Assembly: GCA_002269645.1 (NCBI GenBank)
Contig: NIVC01002646.1
Coordinates: 62,001 to 126,000, forward strand
Reading direction: 5' to 3'
Source of the DNA: Macrostomum lignano
Taxonomy: Eukaryota
Length of the DNA: 64,000 bases
Every line of letters starts with the position of its first letter. The stretch's first letter is position 1. Shown one piece after another: positions 1 to 9,644 of this stretch. The notes below the pieces were generated by a model, which saw only the letters and a program-made list of their open reading frames with translations, had not been told where the DNA came from and ran no database searches. Both the position numbers and the translations under genes were made by a program.

Positions 1-494
1 TAGAGCGTGTCAGTCCCTAGCTGTCTTCCCCAGAAAGAATCGTGTCTCTAGCTTAATCAGCTTTCCAGATGTTCACTCAAAAATGGCGATTCCAGAAATT
101 TGCAATGCATTCAAATGGTGAAATTCCCGAAAATCAATCAGCAATTGCCAAGCTTTATCACTAGACTCAAATATGAAATTCTACAGATCATTAGAGCGTC
201 CACACTATCCAAAAGGTATTCAAACAGAGTCCACACTAACCCATACTACATTAAGAGTGTTTGGTAGGGAAACTCGGCCCGTGTTTCCATTGCAATTAGC
301 AGCAGGCGCGCTCTGATGAGCTGGAGTTTTCCTGTCTGTCCGAACCGGCTACATGTATTTTACAGTACTAAATACAGCAGCGGATTTTGCAGCTCTGCTG
401 TCTTTATGACTTCGCATTTTTGTACCCTCACTTTCCACTTTCTACAAGCGTTTATCTAGGACTCCTTTCTCTTGGCGACACGACATCATGCAGC

Positions 495-539
495 CAAGGA
501 CGACTAAAGTAACGTATATATCTACTTAAGTAGTCCTTG
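495..539. mobile_element. 45-bp palindromic insert (17+11+17), probable DNA-transposon excision footprint
   Basis: Arms CAAGGACGACTAAAGTA / TACTTAAGTAGTCCTTG (2 mismatches), flanked by CATGCAGC (487-494) and CATGCAGA (540-547), 7/8 identical. Confidence 0.7.
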
Positions 540-1099
540 CATGCAGAATAGCTCTAATAGAGGAAAATTAACTGCCGCAGTGCATTTTTCATGACACAAA
601 TCGAGCTACTCTCCAGATTTTCTTTTCCAGGTAGTTCCGTAGCTAAACTACAAAAAACAAAAAAATATCGATGTATCTTGCTGAGCTACGGTTCATGACG
701 GCATGCTGCTCAAGAAAAGAGTCAGAATCATCTTCAGGAGAAGTCTGTTGGCCCGGCGGGACAATGCAGCTTTTTGAATTCTAAGCATTACACTTTATGT
801 TATATTGAATTGCCTGGTCTGCTTTTAGCTGCTTTTTCTCGGATATCAAAGGCCAAGTCCACGCATCAAAGAATAAAAATATCACTGTTTAAAATCCTTA
901 ATATGTGCTTTACTGCTTAAGGATACATTGCAGACTCATCACATCAAAGTATTTTTGGTCTTTAATCGCGGAACAATAATTTGAATTCACGAATGAATTG
1001 CAAACGTATTGCAGAAGGTGCTAACTAGTTTTTAAGCACTTTGATCGAAGATTTTAAAAAATAGAATTCATTTAAAAACTGTCTCGTCGATCATTTCTT

Positions 1100-1432
1100 T
1101 CATAAGCTGTCCAGCATTTTCATTGCACTTTCTCGATCAATTTTTTTCAGACAACCGTAAATCAGTTGTGAAGTGCCGTCTGAAACTTTGCAACCGGACG
1201 CAATGCAATTACTCACTTCTTCCAGATTGTCACCGAATTGGAATATACAAGCTCCGTACACTGACTTGATCTCACAGGTTTCCGAAAGAACACGAGCTGT
1301 TCTCCAGCACTCAATATCCATTTCACTTTGCTCGCCAGAACCAGCTGCATCCTCGATAGCTGCGGTTGCCATGGAAACCAGGGCAAAAATAAGAACGCAA
1401 ACTTTAATAATTTTTCGGAAACTCTCAGCCAT
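1100..1432 (-). CDS. Small secreted 6-Cys protein A (110 aa), family not recognised
   Basis: ATG at 1432 downstream of acceptor-like TTGCAG (~1483). Hydrophobic leader MAESFRKIIKVCVLIFALVSMATA. Cys spacing C-x10-C-x8-C-x13-C-x4-C-x12-C. Paralogous to 3686-3967. Confidence 0.8.
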   Translation of the reverse strand: MAESFRKIIKVCVLIFALVSMATAAIEDAAGSGEQSEMDIECWRTARVLSETCEIKSVYGACIFQFGDNLEEVSNCIASGCKVSDGTSQLIYGCLKKIDRESAMKMLDSL

Positions 1433-2843
1433 GGTAATGGTTATCCAATGGGTAGCTTTCAGATGAGATATAACGTTGCCGATCTGCAACTATAAACTCA
1501 GTCAAAGCTTTAGTTGATGGTCTCTGTTTAAATAAAACTATTTTAGCAGTGGATAGTGCGTGTATGTTTCGAATATTTTTGCTAGCTTGAAATTTTTCTT
1601 TTCGTTATTCTATTCCATTTTTTCTTAAACTCGATAGAGCAAGCGGCACACAACATTTTAAAATGTTTCATTTGCTGAAGAGTAGATGTCTAAAAAAGTT
1701 TTAGAATCTAAGTAGCTTGAATATTTTATGAAAGAATTTTTAAGTAATATGCAATTGTCAGTGGAAAGAATTTTCATGAGCGCGCCTTCTGTATGGTTAA
1801 GAATTTTTAGCATTTTCAATTTTGCTAAATTGAGATTGAAAAAAAATCAATGGTATGTGAGGCGAGGCGATTCGATTCGTCTCATGTAGCAAACCAGACA
1901 CGAACGATTTCCAAATTTCCCTATTTCAAGCATCAAGTAACGGCTAATGATGCTGTTTTGTTGAAACTATAGAGTGCAAGTACTTGATAACTTGAGCACA
2001 TTGACGTCGGTGTGTTTAAATAATTTACCTTTTAGGGATTCAGTTTTTCATAACTGCAATCAATTTTGCCCGCAGAACTTCACGACTATATCCATGTCTC
2101 ATAGCTTCCTGTTACCTTCAACACATTTACCATTTACAAGAGAAACGAACGCTACAATCGAACAGCATCGTATGTAAGTACTCAAGTGAGTGGCTAAGGT
2201 CTTCATGGATGTCATCACCAAGCAGAAGTGCATTCATTCAGTGAACCATACCCAAACGTACATCCAGAGATGTCCAGGGCCTGGTCGACATCTTTGACTG
2301 AATGATACGTATCCTGAGTACTTTGTCATCGATTGCAGACTCATTTTTACCTCAGACTGGTCTGAAACGTTTTACTAAAAATCTGTGCAAGTAGACTATA
2401 GTGTCATAATTTTTATTGCTAGACTTTAGGCAGTAACACTACACTATAACTATTCTTTTATTGTGAGGATTGCCACAGAGAGTATCTGCAAGCGCGAAGT
2501 TTCTACAAGGATGATTCCTGCTGCAAAAATATCACTGTTCCAACTATGAATGCCTCTATTGATGTTGATTGATGAGTGAAATCAAAAGCGCCTTTTCTAC
2601 CTAGGAGAATAAGACTACTTTAAATTAATTAGTTATTGCATCATAGAGCTCTGCACTAGTAGTTTAGCCTACTAGATTTAACTAACTTTAACAGAATCAG
2701 AACAATAACTTTTGTTCTCTAGCGATAACGTGCTTGACTTTGTCAGATTTTGATTATTTTGCAAAAGGCATGCTTTTAACAATCTTTCTGGCCGAAGTAA
2801 CCGGACCTCATCAAAATACGCCGTAAAATATACCACTCAGCCT

Positions 2844-3066
2844 ATGTCAAGTTCTGCTCATAGTAGTTTCAAACTGTCCTTGTTAAGCAACTTCCACGAC
2901 ACCTGCCGTCAGCATCGACATTAGCTGTTCAGCTGAGTCGGGCGTCTCCTCAGTGTTCTGCATCGTGGAAAATTTTAAATCCACACGACACAGCCTGCTG
3001 TCGCTGTGCCTGGCGCAGAAGTGCGGAGGAGCGCCAGCCGTTATCGAGCGCTGCATCCACTTCTAG
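2844..3066 (+). pseudogene. Broken third member of the Cys-rich peptide family (5 Cys)
   Basis: Frame 2887-3066 reads ATSTTPAVSIDISCSAESGVSSVFCIVENFKSTRHSLLSLCLAQKCGGAPAVIERCIHF*, which aligns to peptide B. In-frame TAA at 2884-2886; ATG 2844 joins only with a 1-nt indel; third Cys missing. Absent from the ORF track. Confidence 0.6.
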
Positions 3067-3685
3067 TCTATACGAGCTACCTGTTTATTTCTGCTCTTAA
3101 GCTTAAATCTTTCTATTATAGTCATAAAGACTTATGCAACTTGAAACTTTACGCTGCAATCTTAGTATTGTTTAATTAGTTTAGTGAAAACTTAAGCTCG
3201 ACTTGAGCCCGTGCGTGCAACATTTCCACGTCTGCCGACGTACCCGACGTACCCAAGTCACTGGGAATCATTTGACAGCTGCGTGGATAGATGCCTGCTT
3301 GGCTGATTATCAGTTAAATATGAAAGATTTGGCTTTAAAAAACGTTACATCAACCTGCAGGCAAATGACTTAAACATTGGTTTATTTGCTCTTAAAAATC
3401 TAGCGATCACACTAGCGGAAAAAAATACCCAACTCGACAATGCATTTCGTAAGCTTGTTTCCTGTTCAAGATTCGAAAAAAACTACTTTTCAGCAAAGTC
3501 TTTAAGATTAGTGAGCATGGCGTTGCCAGTCAACTTCACTTGCTGCTAATGCGTTGCAAACTTGAACTTCTCACATGAGTAACATTTGTCAATCACTTAT
3601 CTTTCGAGACCGTATCAATTTGTTTTATTCAATCGTAACTAGTAAAAAATCTTGCGAAAGTCATTTGAAAAGCGCAACTGCAATA

Positions 3686-3967
3686 TCAAGGCTTTTTAAG
3701 ACAACTGACAATCAGCTCGGCCGATCCTCCGCACCTGCCAGCCAGGCAGTTCGCCACCCTGTTGTAGTCGCCGCTGGATGATGCCGCACAGCCGAACAGC
3801 GAGTTGACCACGCACACTAGAGAGTTGACGCCAGCCAGCTTCATGCAGTAGGTGTCGATGTAGATCCGCGGTGCATCGTTCTTTGGAGTCGCATCGGCAA
3901 CAGTCATCGGTCCCAGGGCTACAAGCGCTAGCAGGACTTTCAGATGGCAAAGCTTTGAAATTAACAT
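3686..3967 (-). CDS. Small secreted 6-Cys protein B (93 aa), family not recognised
   Basis: Leader MLISKLCHLKVLLALVALGPMTVADA. C-x10-C-x7-C-x13-C-x4-C-x9-C. Shares GD-x4-V-x-NC-x-A-x2-C and LI-x2-CLKK with protein A. Confidence 0.8.
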   Translation of the reverse strand: MLISKLCHLKVLLALVALGPMTVADATPKNDAPRIYIDTYCMKLAGVNSLVCVVNSLFGCAASSSGDYNRVANCLAGRCGGSAELIVSCLKKP

Positions 3968-4816
3968 CTTTGCTGACTAGAAAATCACCCGTGCCCAACT
4001 AATGGAATGAATATATATCTTAGTTCTGCAATCCAGTGCGTGGCTATATGACCAGCGCTACATTTTAAATAGTGCTGTTGACTTAACTAATCATAATTTA
4101 TAGCCTAATAGTAAACCAATTAATATCATAAATTTCTTTACATAGGAAACTAGCCACAATCTTCTCGGGTACAGGTTCCAGAAAAACCGACTTTTTTCTT
4201 TAGAGTTTGGCCCTTGTGTAAGCTTGCCTAAGCTTGTGTTGTGTAAGCCCGTATCTATACAGTAGGGAATTAATAAACCTCTCTCGAAGCATTGCCCTTT
4301 GTAGTTTAGCTTGTTAATTACCGACAATAAAATACAAAGCCATATGCCATTTTCCTTTGGTTTAGGGTACAGTCAGGCTGAGAGTTCAATTGAAAGAATG
4401 GAGTATCAGGGTACTTGACAACATAAAAAAACTATTGCACTCGGTAAATGCTACTAAATATCTTACTATGCTAGTAGTAATATGCTGTGAATATATTTGT
4501 TTTAATTCCCTTTTCATTTAAACTTCCTTATATTTTCATAAAGTCGCAGTAGGTTTCAGAAGTTTTTTTTTCTTTTTTTTCGCGAAAAGGATAGTCCTAT
4601 TTTAAAAACGCACTGAAGAGTATGATTAATTTTTTTCAAAGTACGGATTGCACTTTGAATTTATTTTCATTAAAATATTAGCATAAAGCATGCGTGTTAT
4701 AGTACGTATTTATACACGCAAATGAAATGAGATGAATAAATAATGTGAGAAAAGCATTTCCGTAAATAGAAGTTATAAATTCACTTCGGAATAACAAAAT
4801 GATTTTGCGCACGAAT

Positions 4817-6398
4817 TCAAATCAGCGCCTCTCGCTCCTGGTCTCTATCGCGCATCTCAGCGGCGGCGGCTGCAGCGGCGGCCTCTTTGATGTCCAGCTG
4901 TTGCAGAAGCATCGCGGTGGTTGGTCCGAGGTCTGCTAAATCCCGATCTAGAGAAGGACTGTCTTCAACGGCTTCTGCTAAAGATAAAATTGAAAATCGT
5001 TTAGTAAACCTCATTAGGCCATTTTTTAAACAAAACAAAATACATGTACGTTCAACATATAGGACGCAAAATCATATACGACAATTCATAACTATATTTC
5101 GTCTATTGGTATTCAGGTATTTTATGAATTTATTCCGTTTCTGGTTTACTGTGAAAAATTTAAATTAAATACCAAGTTTTTTTCCTTTTTCTATAATTTA
5201 CAAATTACAGTGTTGCTATACTGGTGCAAAAAATATCGCGTTCATAAAAGAAAACTTTATGAAAAAACAATTCATTTACTGAAAATGGTAAATGCTAAAG
5301 ACTTAAGTAGCCATCTAGCAGTATTATCAATTTGGCTCGTCTTCATTCTAAAATCTCCTTCCATTCTCACTTATTTGCACCGCCTATTCAATGCCCCTTA
5401 GAGCGCCCTCACTGAAGTTTATCCTTTCCTTAACACTTCTCTTCATCACTTTTCCTTTTCGTTTCATTCGTATTAGCAAGTGGCACTTTTTCATAGATAA
5501 TTCCCCGATGATTGCCCGAACCGAGCAGGAAGGAAATATCTCCCTAAGGCGCTGAGAGGCCTAAGGCGACTCGCCCTTACAAAGAGCCTCTCCACTAACC
5601 GCAGCCTGTCAAGCGTGCGAAGAATAAGACGCCGGATCTGGGCTGGAGATTGCGCCAGTTTCGCTGGCCAAGACATCGGTGGCCAAGATCCGAGCTTCAA
5701 ATGCTTCCATCGCAGCTAAGCCGAAAAAAAACAGCCCCAAGATGAAACAGGGGGCGAAGAAAAAGGTATTTTGATCCCCGCAAAATGCATATTTTATCCC
5801 CCTAGGACCCAGCAGTCTTCGAGACATAAGCTCCCCTGGAATAGGGCTGTTGATAACAAAAAATAATGAATCATGAAAGAAAGCTCATACTGTAATAATG
5901 TTTTTAGGCTGCTATTTTATGAAAAAATGCCGCAAAGTGGCGAAACACTTCTGTATCGTCAATTTAACAACTGCCTAAATATTTCTAACTAATTCTGCTA
6001 TAATATTACACATACCTTCACTTGCCGTTGTCGATGGCGCTGGGTTCTTCCCCGCCGCAGCTTTCGTTGTGACCGGCGTCGTGTCGAAGGTTAATTTAGT
6101 TTTATCGACTTTTGAGTTCACTGACCGTTCACTACTTTGATTATTGTCACACGCTGGCTTCTTTTCGGCCTTCCTGGCGGCCTCTCTGGCTTCTCTCTCG
6201 CATTCGCTGCAGTAGCTGTCCGAGCCGAGCAGCTAGCATCGCCCGGATTCTGATCATCGTTGTCAAAGTCACCTTCTGAGCAGCCGCCATCGACGTCACT
6301 GCCCGCCCGATTGTCAAAATCATCTTCAGACTCCGACGAAGAAGACGAACCAGCGGCCAGAGATGCGGACTCCCTGTCTTTACTGGAGCTGCTCCGGT
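4817..6398 (-). CDS. 3' exons of an unidentified gene (Ser/Asp-rich, AT-hook-like RPPGRPKR), one frameshift
   Basis: Exon 6398-6016 (TGCAG acceptor, GTATGT donor, 383 nt, one base short of keeping phase) and terminal exon 4977-4817 (TTTAG acceptor, ...AAAAEMRDRDQEREALI*). 5' exons not located. Confidence 0.4.
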
Positions 6399-7006
6399 CT
6401 GCACCAAGTTAGATAGTTGACGATCGGCACCTCCGATCGGCGTCCGTTATTGAAGGTAGGGGTACTACCCGAGCTACAGAACTCAGGGGTTTTAGTAGCA
6501 ATATAAGCCAGGAAGTCTTCACCTCTCTGGTTAATATCAGAACTGCCCCAGTGGGTATGGTGGGCGTTGATATCGCCTGCCACAAGCAGCTCATAATTTC
6601 TGGTGGAGCAGAGCTCGACCAGTGTGACAAGCTCCCCTGGGATCATCTCGCCGTCACCCGGTAGGTAAACGGAGGCGATGAGGGTAGCACTCCCACTCCC
6701 AGGGAGTATGTCTTCAGATTGGATGACGCAGATGTCCCTGGTGGACAGGTCCGATCTGAGCCATGCGTTAATAGAATTGGACACCATGATGCAGGATCTT
6801 GGTGTCATGTTTCCCTCCCGGGTGCCAGCGGTTAAACACTGGTAGCCGGTGGGGACATGTTGGGGGCTGCCCCTTAGCGTCCAAGGTTCCTGGATAAGGA
6901 TAATCCCTGGCGCGTATTGGTCAGTGTGCTTCAAGAGGTTGACCGAAGCAGCAATGCCGTGCTGCAGGTTGACCTGCAAGCAGTGGATGCCCTGGGAGAC
7001 GGTCAT
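6380..7006 (-). pseudogene. Retrotransposon APE endonuclease domain, truncated ORF2
   Basis: 208-aa ORF with exo/endo/phosphatase motifs. After PTFNNGRRSEV it runs into non-element sequence instead of the expected IDLT motif and RT. Confidence 0.85.
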
Positions 7007-8756
7007 GTCTACTGTCCAGGGGAGGAGAAAAGCAACTCATTCTCAGCCTCATCGGTGAGAGTTGAGTCGCCAATTTCCATTGGCTCAGGCAAGGACCACT
7101 AGAAGTAACTTCTAGTGGTCCTTGGGCTCAGGCCCAGCCGCCTCCCCAGCCGCCGCGGAGGCGGACACGGCGCCCACGGCAGGTGAGTCACCTAGCCGCG
7201 CTACACCGCCCTCCCCCCAGCGACTGGGGTACGGCTGCTGCCTTCGCCTTGCGCCGCCCCGCCGTCGGGAGTCTGAGCTCGGCCGGCAGCGTCCTGCTGG
7301 TGGTAATCCCACCAGTTGGAAGGCTGAACCATGCCGTCGTCCAGTTCCCTCGGCTGGCTTTCAGTGTTTTTGCGAGCAGCACGAGTCTGCTCGAGGTGAA
7401 GTCTCAGAGACTGAGCTTCGTCAAGTGCGCGCTGGATTAGCCCGGACCGCCGGTTACTGCGGGCGGGTCTACGTCCGCGCGAGGCGGACTCAGCAGCGCG
7501 AATAGCCTTGTTAGGCTCGGGATCGGGTTGCTGCTGCCGCTTGGCCGGCGGAGCCTGAGCCCCAGCTCCGGGAGCGGCGCGCTTCCCGTCGTTCTTGGTC
7601 TCCACCTTGCCCTCCTCACAGTGGAGGATGGTCAGTTGATGGAGACCAAGCTGACGTGGAGGTTTGTGCCGTGTGGTAGCCGCTTGGCCCATCCCTCCGT
7701 CAGGCCGAGGATGACGGTGGCCCCGATCGTGCCCTTGCGGACCGTGCTGTGGTACACAAGACCACTGGCGTCAAGATCCGGGTGCCGCTTGAGCAGGAGC
7801 TGCCGCAGCTGCTCCCCGGACTTGATCGCACTGTCGGCCGGGACCCAAATCCGATGGCGGATGGTCTTCGGCCGCTCGCTCTCCAGGGCGAAGGTCGACT
7901 GGCCCAGATCGCTGTGCCAGTCGAACTTGGGCAGCTGATCCCGCAGGGTCTGGGTGCTTTCCTTGAATTTGCACCACAGTAGGATGCACCCGTTCGCCTT
8001 GGTGGACTTGACGATATCCACGAAGACGCCCTTCAGGGTTAGGTTGAGCAAGCCCTCGTCGATGGTACGCCACGCGACGTCGAGCTGCTCGGGCGTCAGG
8101 TCGAAGTCCCCGCCGAGGATCATCACGGCGGGTTGCAGCGGCTGCTTGACCTTGGAGGCGTAGGACTCGGAGGTCTTGAGCGGGGCCGCCTTGTCCTTGG
8201 AGAGCGGTAGGCCGGCAGGGTTTCCCCCTGAGAGTCCGAGGACACGGCGGTTCCTGACGGCCCAGCCGCGCCACTGGACTCCCCAGAGGGCCTCCCCGCT
8301 GCGGTGGCTCCCGAAGGCCTCACCGCGGCTTGCCCGCCCTCCGCGGGCGCAGCAGCAGCCCGCTTCTTCTGCCGCTTACGGTTGCGGCGAATGTTTCGCT
8401 GCCGTCGGTACTCGGCCGTGCGCGGTCGGCTAGACTGGCGGCCAGGGTGCTCGGCGGCAGCGTTAGCTGGCCCAGTTGGACCAGGTTGGGCCTTGGTGCT
8501 ACCAGTGGTAGCTACCGGAGCGGCTGATCCCGGTGGGCCAGAGGCGACCGGGTCAGTTTCGATCGTTTGGGATGGTGGCGTTAGTGGTCATAGCTGAAAA
8601 GCGGGGAGGGCTACTCGTTACGCGAGTTGAGTACCCGACTGGCCGACACCTCAAGCCAGCCGGTTTGAAAAAGGGGACCGCTAGCGACCGGACTACTCCC
8701 GGCCTTCCAGCCCATCGGCACGGTCAAACACCTTCGGCATTAGAGGGCCTTAGGCA
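6420..8756 (-). mobile_element. 3'-truncated non-LTR retrotransposon (LOA/R1-like): 5'UTR, frameshifted ORF1, APE endonuclease of ORF2
   Basis: ORF2 start encodes APE motifs (QVNLQH, IQEPW, SVYLP, GDINAHHTHWGS, NQRGE, TPTF) and breaks off at ~6420 with no RT. ORF1 ~8591-7012 is spread over several frames and includes SYASKVK plus a DUF4780-like region. Confidence 0.85.
7090..7124. mobile_element. 35-bp perfect palindrome (17+1+17) with 8-bp TSD, inserted in LINE ORF1
   Basis: CAAGGACCACTAGAAGT-A-ACTTCTAGTGGTCCTTG between GGCTCAGG (7082-7089) and GGCTCAGG (7125-7132). Removing the insert and one TSD restores the ORF1 tail GEAAGPEP-MEIGDSTLTDEAENELL... Confidence 0.85.
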
Positions 8757-9153
8757 TTAAGCATATATTAGCTTCAAGCAGCAGCACGGCCTGCAGGCTG
8801 GCGAGCATACCCAAATTCGGCCAAAGCCACTGGATGGGTCGCCAGCGCCGGAGCCCAGTCTGTCCAGCAGCCCTAGGGTCTGCCTTGAACACACGCGGGG
8901 ACGGGTACCCCTGGGTCGACTTGTGAAACAGCGTGGGGGAGTCTGCGGCTGCCAGAAGCAAATAGAGGGTGCAGACCTCCCGCCAGCCTTGACCTGCGGA
9001 TAGGTAGGGGCAGGCGTGAAGCATCGCAGACCTTAGCTCGTAGGCCTAGCCTGCCTTTACTTCACTGGCATGCTGAATACGCCTTCGCGTGCCCTACAAT
9101 TGTCAAGTGTAAACCCCATCTGCGATTCATCAATCGGCATGCACCCGGATGAA

Positions 9154-9329
9154 CCAATCAAGATAACCAAAAATAACCCAGCTACGGTAACCAATCACGC
9201 GCGCTTACACTAGACTAGTGGCTTAACTTCTACCCTGTCATGTAGCTTGACAGCAATTAAAGCATGACCCTTTGACATTTACGAAAATGTGATGAACGAC
9301 CTCGAGAGGGGTCCGTTTGCCTATAAATA
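9154..9329 (+). promoter_or_regulatory. CCAAT-CCAAT-TATA promoter-like module
   Basis: CCAAT at 9154 and 9191, TATAAATA at 9322-9329. Motif evidence only. Confidence 0.35.
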
Positions 9330-9597
9330 CAAGTGGTCGAAAGCGGACCCAGAGCCAACAACCGAACCGCTAGGGATCCCATAGCTAGTTAATTCGAAGC
9401 TTCCGATTGGTCCGAAACACAGATAACGGCCGGCAATACTCCAAGGAGCACCAAAAAGGACCAACACCAGAGTGAGCTAGGAACCACGAGGCGCCTGAAC
9501 AACTGATCAACGAATTCACTAGAACATCCCTGACGCGCCCTGCTGATCTACATGTACTATAATATTACTGTGACCTTGCACGGGGCCGCGTAGTACT

Positions 9598-9633
<36 letters not shown>

Positions 9634-9644
9634 TTGTTGTTGTT
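9598..9644. repeat. (TTG)n microsatellite
   Basis: About 15 near-perfect units. Confidence 0.95.

Noticed and set aside
313-345. CTGATGAG hammerhead-like core (also in family X units and, weakly, 10443-10468 on -)
   Set aside because: No stem II followed by GAAA and no closing stems could be built.
2190-2330. Minus-strand LDISGCTFGYGSLNEC resembling the peptide family N-terminus
   Set aside because: Only two Cys, no leader, similarity within chance.
5491-5830. GC-richer exon-like segment on either strand
   Set aside because: Stops in the plausible frames; cannot be placed confidently in the 4817-6398 gene (possible alternative last exon).
8592-9600. HDV-like ribozyme expected at some LINE 5' ends (CCTCGTGG at ~9490, TTCACGC at ~9015 on -)
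   Set aside because: P1/P3/P1.1 pairing could not be completed by eye; an Infernal or RNArobo search would be decisive.
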